DNA of 64,000 nucleotides, taken from positions 241,676,001-241,740,000 of the forward strand of contig CM126205.1 in the NCBI GenBank assembly GCA_052327205.1. Direction: 5' to 3'. Below, piece by piece: positions 1 to 15,400 of this stretch; the first letter of the stretch is position 1; every line of letters begins with the position of its first letter. The position numbers and the translations under genes were made by a program. The notes beneath the pieces were generated by a model, which worked only from the letters and a program-made list of their open reading frames with translations, did not search any database and was not told the origin of the DNA. The stretch comes from Somniosus microcephalus (taxonomy: Eukaryota).

Positions 1-168
1 GCCACTTTCTTTGTTCATTCTATTAAAGTATCTAACATTGTAGGGTATATATTTTTTAATAAGAGGAATTGAAGTTATCATCACTGAGAAGATGATTTTA
101 TCTTTTTCTTTGTCTTCCTTTATGACTATCTTTTAAATGTATTCTTTATGACATCTTGATTTTTATAG

Positions 169-450
169 AACCACCAGTGTTTATCAGGAAACTAGAGCCA
201 TCAAAATTACTGAAAAGTGGTGATTCAGCTCGGTTTGAATGTGAAGTGACTGGCACACCTGAAATTAAAGTTACCTGGTATAGAAAAGACAAGCAAATTC
301 ATCCCAGTGACAAATACAGAATGTCATTTGTTAACTGTGTGCCAGTTCTTGAAATTCTTGCTAGTGATGTGGAAGACAGTGGAGAATACAGTTGTGAAGC
401 TAAGAATGAAGTTGGTAGTGAAAGTTGCAGTGCTACTGTAACAGTTAAAG
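169..450 (+). CDS. TTN: titin Ig exon, six-Ig repeat R1 pos1
   Basis: AG/GT, 282 nt, EPPVFIRK..ATVTVK. Confidence 0.93.
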
Positions 451-3400
451 GTCTGTGAAGATATCTTACTTCTAATTTTACGAATTTAGGCTGCATTTAC
501 AAGATATTTGTGGCATTTAACTTTTTTGGATCTAAGTGTAAAATTATATGTTTTAGATTGAATTTGTTATTTGTTCCTTTGTAGAACCTCCATCTTTCAG
601 AAAAGAACTTGAATCTCTTGAGGTGCTCAAAGCCTCTGACATCATTCTTGAGTGTGAAGTGGCTGGTACAGCCCCATATGAAGTTTCTTGGTATAAGGAC
701 AATAAGCAAATAAGGCCTAGCAAAAAGTACAAGGCGATCTGCCAAAACTCTTTAGTTAGTTTACATATTCTTAAATGTGATACCGTAGATGTCGGTGAAT
801 ATCAATGCAAGGTATCAAATGAGGTGGGAGATTGTTCCTGCAGTTCTGCAGTGGCTTTGAAAGGTTAGTAAAGACTTAGCAAGTGCTTCTGTTCCATTAT
901 ATCACATTCATTTTGTTTCACACTAATTATCAGTTGATTTTGCAATGATTAATCAGAGAAATCCTATATTTATTATATTTCATTTTAAAAACAGAATCTC
1001 CATCATTTGTTAAGAAGATTGAAAATATTACTGCGCTTTTGGGAACTCCTGCTATGTTTCAATGCACTGTGAAAGGTTCAAGCCCAATTTCTGTAACCTG
1101 GCAAAAAGATAAAGCTGATGTCACCGAAGATGATAACACTAAGATATCTTTTGAGAAGGATATAGCTACACTGCAAATTGGTTCTGTTGAAAAACATCAT
1201 GGTGGGAAGTTCCTTTGTCAGGCAAAGAATGACGCAGGAATCACAAAGTGTATTGCAAATTTGGTAGTGAAAGGTTGGTTTAAAGATTATTAGTGTGTGT
1301 GTTAAAACTTCAATTATTTAAAAAATTTAACTGCTCTAAATGTTTTAAGTTGTTTTAATTTCATAAAGGCTGTTTTGAAGCAGTTGAAGCAAATACAGCA
1401 CAGTATGTGCTGGAATGGTTAGACCGTAAAAAAGTCTTTAAAAAAATTGGGGGCTAGAAATTGCTGGGAAAATAATGGCGCGTTCACGGCACCCGCCATT
1501 ATTAGCCTGTAAAAAAACCAGCAATTTATGGCAAGGAAGAGATACACCATTAGTTGCGAATTGCCACAAATTGCTGGACTATTTGCTGCTAGCCTCGCAA
1601 AAACGGGAGCTTGCCGTTCCTCTCCATGAGTGTCAAGAAATTGCTGGATTTGTGCCGTAAATACGAATTAATCTCACCACAAATATTTAGGGCTGGTATT
1701 TCATGTCATAAGGACACTGTCAATACTGTGATTTATGATCCTGACATGAAACTCAACCTTGGAGGCCAAGAAAGAGAAAATTGAAACAATCAAGTCTTAC
1801 TCCTGCAGGTAGTAAATTGTTCAGAGGTTTTTAAAATTAAAAATTTTAATTTTGTTTTCTTACTTTTGTTTTCTGTCTTTTTAAATCTCTCTCTTAATCC
1901 AATCTTTCTTTCCCTCTTTATTTCTCTTTCTGTTTCTAATTTGTCTCTAATTGACCCTATTTCCTTCTCCATCGTTAACTCTGTTTCTTTGTCTATCCTT
2001 AAATTTAATTGGTTAATGGTTCAGGAGGTCCCAGATGCCCCGTTCACATCGCCGCACCAATTATCGATTTGCATTTCCAGCAATTTGCGGCACAAAAATA
2101 ATACGATCTGAAGGGTGAAGAAAAAAATTGATTTCACGGCACTCGCTGCGAGATGCGCCACTCCAGCAATTTCTGGACCACTCTCCAGAGAATAGAGAAA
2201 ATGGAAGAAGAGTATAATACAACAATATTTAGAGTCATGAGAATAACTGATTACATTAATGTGAAGTTGATGCAGTTATTAGAACTGTGACCAAAAGAAA
2301 GAATAACTGAAAGAATTTAGGCATTGGTTCTTAATGTGTGGAGTTTGCACATTCTCCCCGTGTTTGCGTGGGTTTCCTCCGGGTGCTCCGGTTTCCTCCC
2401 ACAGTCCAAAGATGTGCAGGTTAGGTTGATTGGCTATGATAAAAATTGACCCTTAGTGTTAGGGGGATTAAATACATGGGGTTACGGGGATAGGGTGGGA
2501 TATGTGTTGGTGTAGGGGTTACGGGGATCGGGTGGGATATGTGTCGGTGCAGGCTCGATGGGCCAAAATGGCCTCTATCTGCACTGTGGGGTTTCTGTGA
2601 TTCTGTGATAGACAGGTGTAAAATTGCGAAGTTGTTAATGCATGCAGTTAATACATTATTTTTTTAATTAAATAAAATGGAATTGGATGAATATTTGTTA
2701 AATGAGAAATTAAAACAGTTGCATAACCAGAATTTCCCAGAACTTGAGAAAGGCATTAACAAATAGTATAGTTTTTACAAGCAGAGTTTGTGGAAATAGT
2801 TCTGTGATATATTGAATAGCTTGGCTCAAGGAAAGATAATTAGGTGGGCCAAAATGGCCTTTTCTTGTTTCTTATATTCTTGCGTTCTAATATTCTTTTT
2901 CTGTCACAGAACCTGCAAATATTACAGAGAAAGCAGACTCTATTAGTGTAACTGCAGGCGAGCCAGCAACGCTGGACTGCAGCTTTACAGGAACACCAGA
3001 AATTAAAGCCAGGTGGTTTAAGAATGGCACAGAGTTGACGACTGGTAAAAAATATAAAATCAGTCTTACAAATAAGGTTACAAGTTTAAAGCTTCGGACT
3101 ACCGAGAAGGAGGATAGTGGTGAATTTACTTGTGAGGTCGAGAATGATGTTGGTAGCAGCAGTTGCAAAGCTTCTATTACAGTATTGGGTTGGTATTCTT
3201 ACTCTTCCATTTCATTGCATTTACTGCAATATTTAAAAGAAACAGAAATTATTTTGAAAGAAATTATAGCCTTTTCCTTTCCTACTATGTGTTGGACAGA
3301 TCGCATAGTTCCACCGTCATTTAAAAGGAACTTAAAAAATATGGATGGCATCAAAACTTCTTTCATTAAGATGGAATGCAAGATCTCCGGTTCTCTTCCA

Positions 3401-6400
3401 ATGAGTGTGCTCTGGTATAAGGACGATGAAGAGATAACAGCTAATGAAAAATATAAATTTTCTTATCATGATAACATGGCGCAGTTGGAGATTCATCAAC
3501 TAGAGATGACAGATGGTGGAACTTACACTTGCAGAGCAACAAATGCTGCTGGAACTGACCAGAGCAACGGTGTCTTGACTGTGAAAGGTTTGAAATGTTG
3601 TCACAAATTTCTTAATTGCTTACGAGAGTTAACTAGTTCAGCTAATATCTTCCTTTTAGTTACCACAAACATTACTTGTTATGCATCTTAGTTTGCTACG
3701 TTGACAAACATCCTGAAAATACCATACGTTATACTTACATATTTATTCTTGTACTCACTTATTTTGGCATACCTTTTGAAAGAAAAGTACTCTATTTTCC
3801 TTTTATGTTCTTGCCATAACTGCAATTTTCCTCTGGAAATTTTAGAGCCTCCGTATTTTACTATGAAGCCTTTGTCCCAGGATGTTGTGCCTGGTTCCAA
3901 AGTACAGTTTAGAAGTGTTATAAGTGGGACACCTCCAATGACGATAAAATGGTTCAAGGACAATAAGGAGTTGGTGCCTAGTAATTCATATTACATTTCA
4001 AAAGAAGGCTCAACAAGTATGCTACAACTGCATTCAGCAAAAGTCTCTGATACGGGTGACTACACTTGTCAAGTCAAGAATGAAGTTGGCACAGAATCGT
4101 GTGCTGCAAATCTTTTTGTCAAAGGTGTGGATTTTCTTAACAATGTTTCTATGTAACATTGTGCACAGTTTTATTTTGCTATGTTTCTTAAAAACATTGT
4201 AAATCTTTATCTGATAGCTCCATTTCTCTTACACATTTCTTTTTGTGTCTGTTCTTTATGTAGCCTGTCTTTATTTTTATTTGTTACATTCTATGATCAA
4301 CCTGAATCTTCCTTCAACATTATTTCTATGTCTTACTTTTCTCAGAGCAATGAAAATGTGTTTTTTTTTGTTTCCAATGGTTTTGGTTTTTGTGTCATGA
4401 TGTGACAGTAGGCTACAATGATTTTTGATTATGTACTTAGTTTAAATATATATTAGAACTGGGTTAGCCAAACTAAGGCAGGTGAACCATATGCAATCTG
4501 TGAGATCCAGGAAATTAGTTTCTATTTACACTTGTTTTTCTTATTCAGCTGGCTCCTCCTGTTTGAATTCCACAGGTCTTAAGGTTTAGAAAAGGTTCTC
4601 ATTGCTACTCCCTTATTGGTGGATAAATCCTAAATTTGAATACCACGACCTGTTAGCTTGCTAGTAGCTTGACATAGATCCAAAATTAATTTAAACCTTA
4701 TATGTGGCTTGTATGTAACTGCCCCTCAAAGACAAAATATTGAGATTTCTGTTATTGAAGATTGTTTTTAGGAAAGATAGCAGTGCTTTACTAAAAAATA
4801 ATTCCCTGGGTGACATCACACTGCATGACCCATAATCCCAAGAGGTGCGTGGGATACGTCGCCAAACATCATAGGTGGTTTATGTTTAAGGTGATTTATG
4901 TTGTGTATGTGAAATATCAAAACAAATCAAAAGAGAGTGGGAGACTATAAATGAAGAGATACAGAAACAGAAAGGATGGATTGAGCTTAGCAGTGGTGAG
5001 AAAGGGAGAGGCATCACTGGAGGATGATGGAAAAAGCAATAGATGAACAATTGAATGGTTTTAGAAGAAAGTAGACAGGCATAAGCAGATGAGTAAGAGT
5101 AGTAGAAAGCAGTCAGAGACTTCTTTGTACTTTTACCACTACCATGAGAATTACTGCCATGCTTGATGATGACAATGGGGAGCACAAATGTGCTTGCCAT
5201 GGAGCATTCAGGTCTTGTCAAAGGCCAGTCTTGAGAAATGTATGCAGAGCAAGATCAATATGAAAATTAAGTTTAGTACCAAATCCATGAGTTAGTTGCA
5301 AAAAGGAATGGCAAGGTTTCTCATTTTCACAACAGTATTGACAGAAGTGACTACTAAACTTTTAATTCCCCCAACATTGCTGGTTAACTCATAGTGCAGC
5401 ATGAACAAAGGAGACATAGCATTCACAAAACATACAACTCAAGGAAGCAGATCTACCACAATAGATGCAGTTACCCGCACTTCACTAGAAGCAATGCATG
5501 AATTGCCCTGGCTTAGTAGGGAGGGTGTGACTCAGGTGTGCTGTTTTGCCCATTTTGTGCTACAGGGATGGTAAAGGTCACCAGTGCCCTCCAATTTTAT
5601 GCTGCATCCCTAGCAGTCACTGTGAGAGCTTTCCTACCTATCAATTTGCCCATTTTCTTTTCTTTCCTTTCTGTGTTTTTCAACTTTATCTTTTAAACAT
5701 GACAACAATGTGAATTTAGGCAGGGTAAATTGAACCATGTAAATTCCTTCCAGCAGTACATTCTCTTTACCACTCTGGTGTGTGTAATGCAATTTGCAAC
5801 AGCCTTCCTTGCTGTTTCTCTGAGTTAGTGCAACATTTTTTGTGTCTAATAACAAGGGTTTTTAAATTCTTGCCCAGATATCCATTATCATTTTTAGAGA
5901 ATCCAAATTCATATGTGGTAATTCATTCAGTTGTCTGTGTGAGTGCTGGTTTTTTTTTCATTGCTACCTTTAACAACTCATAGGCGTATCACCTATTTTG
6001 AGTCCTTTGTTATATTATGATCATTTTTCCAGACTTGCTCAACGGTCCTCACAATGGTTGCTCTTAAGTTCATGTGGTCTGTCACAAATGGTCATGTTTG
6101 TTGTGTCTAATGTAATTTTGTAGACCACCCCTTAATCTCTCCAGCCCAAAAGAATTCATTGTGTTTTTCAGTCATGACCTTCATGTACGAGTCATAAGAA
6201 CATAAGAACTAGGAGCAGGAGTAGGTCATTTGGCCCCTCGAGCCTGCTTCGCCATTCAATAAGATCATGGCCTCAACTCCATTTCCCTGCCCGCTCCCCA
6301 TAACCCTTGACTCCCTTACCATTCAAAAATCTGTCTATCTCCACCTTAAATATATCCAATGACCCCGCCTCCACAGCTCTCTGGGGAAGAGAATTCCAAA

Positions 6401-9400
6401 AATTCACGACCCTCTGAGAGAAGAAATTCTTCCTCGTTTCCGTTTTAAATGGGAGCCCCCTTATTCTGAGATTATGCCCCCTAGTTCTAGATTCCCCCAC
6501 GAGGGGAAACATCCTCTCTGCATCTACCCTGTCAAGAGTCAGTGAAATGGTCTTTCCTTAATCTTCTTTGTACCACTTTGGAAAAGTTTGTGCATTCTCT
6601 GACAATAGATGAATGAAATGCTCATCATTTGTGCTGGTTAAATGACAATTTAGCTACTTGGGGAGTGTTAATATAACGCGATGTGATCATCCGGTTTTCT
6701 TTTGCTCCCATAATAGGATCATATTATAAGAAATCATCTGCAGCAATATTGCATGCACTTATTTTTTGTCCACTGGCATCATTGGAAACAAAATAATGAA
6801 TTATTTGGGAAATATAGCCCTAGCTATTTTTAAAGATTAAATTTGATGATGTAATATTTATTTTGGTTTTGAGAAAGTAGTAGCATAAAGTCCAGAACCA
6901 GGGGTCACAGTCTAAGGATAAGGGGTAAGCCATTAAGGACTGAGATGAGGAGGAATTTTTTCACCCAGAGAGTGGTGAACCTGTGGAATTCTCTACCAGT
7001 TGAGGCCAATTCATTAAATATATTCAAGAAGGAGTTAGATATATTTCTTAAGGCTAAAGGGATCAAGGGATATGGGGAGAAAGCAGGGACAGGGTACTGA
7101 ATTTGGATGATCAGCCATGATCTCATTAAATGGCGGAACAGGCTCGAGGGGCCGATTGGCCTACTCCTGCTCCTATCATCTATGCTTCTATGTAAAGCCA
7201 TATTCTTCTTTGGTGCTATCTTCTACTGTGAGTACTTACCTCTGTAGTCAGGAATAAGCTGAGTGACAGTTGTGCCTAGTGGGGAGTCCCTGTGGAAAAG
7301 CCAGCAGTTATAGAAGAGAAGATAAAAAAATTTGTGGGAGAAAGAGAAAAAAAATCATAAGATGTGAAAAATAAATCACTGGAAATGAACTGTAATTTCT
7401 GGGTCCACTTATATATAGATATATAAGTATATAGACTCTGAAATTCTGCAGGGGTTCCATCTGTCACCTGTTGAACAAATGGCTGAAGAAATGCAAAACC
7501 CCCAGGAAAATGGCATAAAAAGTTGAAAATTACCATTTGCACCATTTCCCTGAGGTTCCACTAGTCTCCTGCTGGAATCACGATGGGGGCCTGGTAGAAC
7601 CCTCATGGAATCTTAGAGCCATAATAACTAATTAATGTTCCATGGCATTACACATGGGGAGTCAAGTATTGTCTTCAGCTGAAGCTGGGTTCGAGGAATA
7701 ATTGGACCAGAGTGTACTGATGTAATTCAATCACATTTTAAAGTCATACATTCTGCTCTTATTTTTATATTTGCTAAATTGTCATTTTTATATTATAGAA
7801 GTTACTATATCCACATTTATAATGGAAATTGCCTATGTAAACGTGTCACTTTGCAATTACACCCTCTCGCCATTGGTGTTGTAATACACTCTTAATTGGC
7901 AGGAGAGTGTAATTAGAGTGTGACAAGGTTATAAAGACAGTGTCCATCTTAAATGTGGACATTTTGGCCCTGAATTTCCGATCTGAGGCTTCCTGCGGCA
8001 GATGCCTCCGATAGGAAGAAAATCTACAAACTTACCTGCTGGTTCCATAGATCCCGAGGCTTCCAATCCTGGGCCTTTCCTCTTCAAAATGCATAGAGGC
8101 CCTGGGATCACGTGGGCCAGGCGAACCAATGAAAGAAGGGAATCCCCCTTCATACTTTTAACAGTTCCGTACGGACAGAACTGTCAAAAGTATGAATGGG
8201 GATCACATTTAAAAACACACTAAAACATGAAATAATTTTTTATTACATAATTAAAATGAATTAAAATGCCATTTAATTAAATATTTTAAACAAAAGTTAA
8301 ATATTTGGCAAAAAAAAATTAAATGTTTTTACGGGGCTAAAAATAAACTTACCTTTTTGAAGAGTATTTTTAATTTATAAATGAGTTATCAAATTTCAGT
8401 TCTCTATTTTTTTAAAACTCTTAAGCTGGTAAAGGCAGGCCTTTTGCCTGCTTTTACCAGGCGTAAGAATTTGACAGGCTTTCAGCGGGCGGAAGTTGTG
8501 CAAAAAGCGCAACTCTTCACCCGCAGAGACACTTTTCTTGGGCATGCGGATGATCTGTCAAGAGAATTCTTGACAGATCGCAAGTGCCGGGTTTCAGTGC
8601 ATGCGCTTCGCATGCCTGAATTGCGCGTCCCCTATGGGCACGTACGCACCCGTGGGGGTTGGAAAATCAGGCCCATAAATTTATAATGTAAAAAGTTGAC
8701 AGGAAGTGCATGCAGACATAAGATTGTTAAAATGTTACTAGTTATTCTCCCGTGGTGTTGCACACAGGGAGTCAAGATCAAATGTAGTCTTGTGTAGTCA
8801 GGTGAAGTGTGTTTAGAGGCTGATGGAGTTATAATTGGATTAAAGTGCACATTCATAATTTAGTCCCCATTTTAAAGTAATAAATGCTGTCCTTATTTTT
8901 ATGTTTTCACTATAAGTTCCTGGGTCCGCATTAATAATGGAAACTTCCTATGTATTCAAATCCCATTTCTCACTCTTTCACTCAACCGCCTCTCTCTTAA
9001 ACTTCTCCCTCTCTAACCTCTTCCATCTCAACCCATTTTCTCTCTTTCAATCCACCCCTCTTAACCCCCTTTCTCTCAATCGTTCTTTTCTCAAACCCTT
9101 CTCTCTCACACTTCTCTTAACCCAGCTTTCTCTGAACCCTAGTCTCTCTTAATACCCTTCTCTTTCTCTCTCTCACCCCCAAATTTGCGAGGTCAGTGGG
9201 AGGGCAACTTAATCTGCATGTGGCAGGCACGCACAACCACCAATCCGAGTGCATCTCTGGACCATGCCCTGCCCATGCCTCATGCAGCCGTGTCCCCTTA
9301 AGGGGGCAATCAATTAAAAAAAAAAAGAAATTTTAACATTCTTCAGCAATCCAGGTCACTTTGGTGAGGTCCACTTCCACCCACCTGGATGCTGGTATAC

Positions 9401-12400
9401 CTCACCTCATTGGCGTAGTGGCCACAGTACTACCCTGGGGCTAGAATGAGCTAGGAAAGCAGGAACTCCTGGCTCCACCCCCTGACAACATTTGTCTTAA
9501 GAGTCTGGAAAATCCCAGAAATGGCAGAGGCTTGGTGTATCTGGATTTACAATGGAACCCCAACAGATTTTTGGGGACAACTTTCTTTTGAGAAAAAAAA
9601 CACTCAATATTAATTTGATCTCAATTAAGCTTTTGAAATTTGCCCCTTTGTTATTCAAAATTATTTGAAGGAAAGCTACTAAAAGTTGAAAAGCTAAAGA
9701 GAAATATCACATCAATAGAGTTTAGTTAGATACACTCTATATGCTCAAACTGCATAATCCAAATTCTGCTCAGAGTCACAGGTCTATGCACAAATATCAA
9801 TTCTAAGCCCAGGTTTTTGGGAGAGGCTGAGGCATTCAAGTAAAATTATAATGAAGGCATTAAAAGATGTAAAAGACAATTCAGTGGCTAAATTCAATCA
9901 TGTTATTGTGAAATATCTAATTTTTAATTTTTTAAAAGTTTTTTAAACCCTAATTTTGGACATTAGAAATTTTAGTTGCTGAAGAAAGAAGTGACTGCTG
10001 AAAAAATTCAGAATACATTTTGAGAGAAGTGTGAGAATGCAGTGGCCAGATTAAATAATCATTGACTAGCTTATATAGGCAAAACCCATTACAAATGTAG
10101 ATATAAAAGAAAAAGTTGACACAAAAAGTGTGGGAAATACATGACAACTAGAAGTCAAGTGTTGCAGATAGGAAGTGTGCACACAGTTAAGTTTTTAATA
10201 TATATTACGGATAGATATATGTCTGTAAATAGGTGATAAGGCAGTTATACTGATCAAGCAGATAATGGCCCAGAAATTCAGGTCGAGGGCTTCCCGCAGG
10301 TGTAAGCCCCCGACCTGCACTTACCTTGCGCGCCGGCCGTTGAGCTGTGGGCCCCTGTGGAATTGCGATCCTGGGCCTCCTCCAACTGCCGGCGCGCAGT
10401 GCTTGCGTATCCCAGGGGCGCAGTTAGCTCGATGCGTCCCCTGGGGTCACGTGGGCCATGGGGAGCCAATCAGAGTAGGGAATGCTTCATTCATAAGTTT
10501 GACAGGAAGGGCTGTCAAACTTATAAATACTATAAGCCCCAAAACATCACTAAATCTTCAAATAAATTTTTAAAAATCAAATTTTTTAAATAAACTATAA
10601 ATTACATGAAATAACTATTTTAAACAATAATTTAAATTTTTGAAAAAAATAATTTTATTTTCTAACGAGGCTAAAAATAAACTTACCTTTCTTTAAAGTA
10701 TTTAAAAATAATAAACCTGTGGAAAAAATGTTTTAATTTTAATTAATTCACCACTTACCTTGTAAAAAGCAGTCCTTGCAACTGCTTTTTATATGTGTAA
10801 CTTCTGGAGACTTACCCTCCCGGGAAAACCTGCAAAAAAAAATGTAAGTTCGATGCGCACGCGCAGCCTCTCCTGCGCACGCGTTCAACCTCTGAACCCC
10901 TTCTTTCAGGGGAACAGAAGTGCCGGTTTCCAGGAAACCGGCACTTCCATTGGGCTTACGGGTGAGTACCCCGTGCGTACTCACCCGTGGAGACCCGAAT
11001 TTCTGGGCCAATGTGTGAAATGTAACCTCAATTTATTTTTGAAGATATTTTTGATGCAAGCATTTTTGGAGCTAGATTTTGCTCTATTTATGAAAAAAGA
11101 CACTCACATATTTGAATGAACATGAATTTCCTGATATTGTTCCAAGATGTCAATAGTGCATAGTATGATAGTTGTTAGTTATGTGATGAGTTGTCAAAGT
11201 GTAATTTTTCAGGGGACTTACAAAAGTGTTTAATTAAGTTGTATACAAATAAGGTCAATTAGAAATCAATAACAGATAATGTGTTTTCTCCATAATATAT
11301 TTGTGATGATTTAGAGGTCATACTAGTCATCACTAGTTTTTTTTTACCTTCAGTTGAGTGCACATAAAATCTTTTGGGTTTTTTCTCATTCAATTCGGTA
11401 CATTTTGGTTTTATAGAGCCTCCAAACTTCATTAAGAAGCCAGATCATACAATATTATTGAAAAAAGGAAGTTCAACATGTCTTGAGTGTACAGTAACTG
11501 GCACACCTGAGATCAAAATTACCTGGTACAAGAAAGAAAGTGAAGTTCAGCCAAGTGACAAATTCAGGATGTCGTTTGTTGATTCTATATCAGTCCTTGA
11601 ATTAATTGATGCCAGCGTGGAAGACAGTGGACATTACACTTGTAAAGCAGAGAATGAAGCTGGTTTTGACAATTGCAATGTTACAATTACAGTTAAAGGT
11701 GTGTAGCCAAAAAAATTAATAATGGAACCAATTTTGACAATTTGCTTTTTAAATGTTTTCCAGTTTGGTCAGTTTCTAAATTCTTTTGCTTTACTTGCTT
11801 TTTTTTTAGAACCTCCTTCTTTTAGAAAGAAACTCAAACCTGTTGAGGTAATAAAAGGCAGTGATATCACTCTTGAATGTGAAATGGACGGTACAGGCCC
11901 ATTTGATGTCACTTGGTATAAGGACAATAAGCAGATTCGATCTAGTATAAAATACAAGATGATCTCTGGAAAATCTTTAGTTAGTCTTTTTATTCAAAAA
12001 GTCGATAATTCAGATGCTGGTGAATACCAATGCGAAGTAACAAATGATGTGGGAAGTTGTTCTTGCATTGCTGGAGTCAGATTAAAAGGTCAGTTATCAA
12101 ATGCTGATCATTTTCTTCTTTGATATTTTCAATAATCCCATTTTGCAGTTCATTCTTACTTGGTTTTATTACTTTAGCATGAAGTGTCTGATCTTGTATC
12201 TAATTCACACAACTCTTAACTCTTAACTTTAAATCAGAACCCCCTTCCTTTGTGAAAAAGATTGAAAACATTACAACATTATCTGGAAATCCAGCCACTT
12301 TTGACAGTCAAATAGAAGGCTCAGCTCCCATATTTGTTACATGGATGAAGGACAAAGATGAAATCAGAGAAGATGACCATATTAAAATATCTTTTGAGAA

Positions 12401-15400
12401 CAGTATTGCTGTACTGCAAATTGCTTCTGTTGAAGCAAATCACAGCGGAAAGTACACATGTCAGGCCAGGAATGATGCAGGAACTGAGAAGTGTTTTGCC
12501 ACCTTGTTAGTAACAGGTTAGTATGAGACACTTGACATTTGTGAATTTCAGTAAAGTGTCAAGTATGCAAACAATATTTCTTACTTCATCGATTGAGGAA
12601 GTCTGGTTTTTCTTGCAGAACCTGCACAAATCATTGAGAAGCCAGAGCCATTAAGTATTACTTCAGGATCCACAGCAATTTTGGAATGTTTTGTTGCTGG
12701 TACTCCAGAACTGAAAGTTAGATGGTTCAAGAATGAAGCTGAATTGACATCCAGCAGGAAATATAAAATTACTTTTCTCAATAAGGTGGCAATCCTAAAG
12801 GTTCTATCTGTTGGCAAAGATGATAGTGGGGAATATGCTTTTGAAGTCCAGAATGAATTTGGACACAGCAGCTGCACAACTTCATTGACAGTACTAGGTT
12901 GGTGTTTTTTTAATGTGTCGAAACCTTTGATAGCACATCTCAAAAAAGAAGCTGAAAGGGAAGGGCCCCGTCTAATTTTAACATACTTAGAATGGGAAAA
13001 TTATTTTTTAAATGTTCGGAAATCATATTTGTGTTTTCATGTCATCCTATTGTCTTCTAAATGTGTGAAATTGGTTATAGACAACTTCTTAGTACCCTGT
13101 AACAACTTCAGTTCCTTCTTGGTTGTGTAATAATTGTCTTCATGCCTTGAGCAGCTAGTGGAATATTACAGGGCCTTTAAGAAAAACATGCCAAAATTTT
13201 ACGGGTGGATTTTAACTATTGAGTGGCCAGTTGGTGGAGTGGGTGGGCCTGCCACCCAATTCCCCAGGCAGGAGGCCCAGTCCATGGTCCATTTTAAGTG
13301 CCAGGCCTCATTATCATGCCACCAGCGTGCTGCATGCCCCAAACAGGGGTCGTTCTGCAGCTTGCTGGTTCAGAGATAGCGCAATATCGGGTGGCCCGGC
13401 TGACTCAACTGGCAGAAAGGTAGCTCCAGAGGAGTGGTTATAATTGCCGAGGTGGGGAACCCAGGATGGCAGCATCACACATTATTCTTGTGGAGCCCAG
13501 AGGAGCACCCCTGAGGCTCCTGGCCCTACAAAAATAATTTTTGCTCTTAGCTCTTTAGGCTTTATCTGCTGTACCGCCAGGTGTTCCGAAGCAGAGCATG
13601 CACACTACACCTCCTGCGTAGTAGCCCATAAAATTGCATCAGTGTCCTAAGTACATCATAAGACCACAATTTGCATAATAAGGCACTTGCTTGTTTCCGA
13701 TGTGCACATCAGCCGCCCTGCAGAAGGTCATGGGAAAAGTGGTAGTGGAGTAGGAACGGGGCGGGAAGTCCACCAACTTCATTTTAACTCCATTACCACC
13801 CTGTTTCCACTGGGCAGAGTGAGTTAAAATCTCTCCTTTGATATGTTAGCTGACAAGCTATCTTTGTTATTCTGTGTTGGACAGATCGAGTAATTGCTCC
13901 ATCCTTTACAAGAAGTTTAAAGAAAATGGATAACATATTGGGGACTTTGATGCACATGGAGTGCAAAGTATCTGGTTCTCTTCCAATCAGCATTTCTTGG
14001 TATAAAGATAACAAAGAGATAATGACTAATCACAAATACAAAATATCATTTGAAGAAAATACAGCATTTTTGGAGATTAAAGAACTTGAAATCACAGATG
14101 GTGGAAATTACTCTTGCAAAGCAACAAATGCTGCTGGAATTAGTGAATGCAGTGGATTCTTAACAGTAAAAGGTTTGAAGATCGCTTTACTCCAATCCAC
14201 TTCTATTTTAAGATGCATCAAATGCTGATTTTTCCAGTTGTAATATTTTCTGTTTCTTCTTTTCTGCAACAATAGAATATCTAGATAAATTGTACATATT
14301 TCCACTTCCTAAAATATTTTAACTTGTTGTGATCAGTAGTAAAATGCTATAGTAATGTAACTATTTTCAGAAGTTTTATTTTTACTTTATCTGACCTCAC
14401 TAAACAATATTTTCTTAAATGACTTTTAGAACCACCAAACTTTATAGAAAAACCAATGTCCCAAGAGATTGTACTTGGATCTACAGTACAGTTTAAGAGT
14501 GTTGTGAAAGGAACTCTTCCACTGTTTGTCAAGTGGTTCAAAGATAATAGGGAATTGAATCCTGGTGCAAGACGTTCCATTTGGAATGAAGAAACAACGC
14601 ACTTCTTTGAGCTAATGTCAACTAAAGTTTCTGATGCTGGCGTTTACAGCTGCCAACTCAGCAATGAAGCTGGTTCAGTTACTAGTACTGCAGAAGTATT
14701 CATCAAAGGTTTGCATTTCTTGTCAATCTTATTAGAAATTAAGTTTTGTGTAACTTTTTTAACAGTGTGATATTTCTTCCTTAGTTTTCTTCAAACCAAA
14801 GATCAGTAACTTTTATCTGAGGGTGACTTTTAGTCTCTTGTCTACTAATCTATTGTTCATGTTTCCTAACTTTACTTTGTAATTCCAGTATTCAGGTTTA
14901 TTGCATTTAATTTTCTCAGAACCTCCAAGTTTTGTTAAGAAGCCATCTCCTTCAGCAGCACTGAAACAGGGAGAATTTGCACGTTTTGAGTGCAAAATAA
15001 CTGGTACACCTGAAATCACAGTTACATGGTACAGAAATAACCATGATATTAGTACCAGTGACAAATGCAGGATATCGTTTCAAAACTCATTGGCTGTTCT
15101 TGAGATTGCTGATGTAAGTGTGGAAGATAGTGGGGATTATTCCTGTGAAGCACAGAATGGAGCTGGTAGTAATAGCTGCAACTTTGTCGTTCAGGTTAAA
15201 GGTGGGTAAAATAATATCTTAAAGACAGATTTTGCTTTTGGCATTTGATTGACCCCTAAGTCACATTGTTGTGTTTACTCTTTAGAACCTCCCACATTTA
15301 CAAAGAAACTTGAACCTGTTGAGGTAGTAAAAACCAGTGATTTCACTTTTGAATGTGAGGTGGCCGGTTCATCTCCCTTTGAAGTTATGTGGTATAAGGA

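Noticed and set aside
3035-3691. 218-aa ORF spanning two Ig domains
   Set aside because: Read-through of a 111-nt stop-free intron (3189-3299) with normal GT/AG ends; equivalent introns elsewhere contain stops
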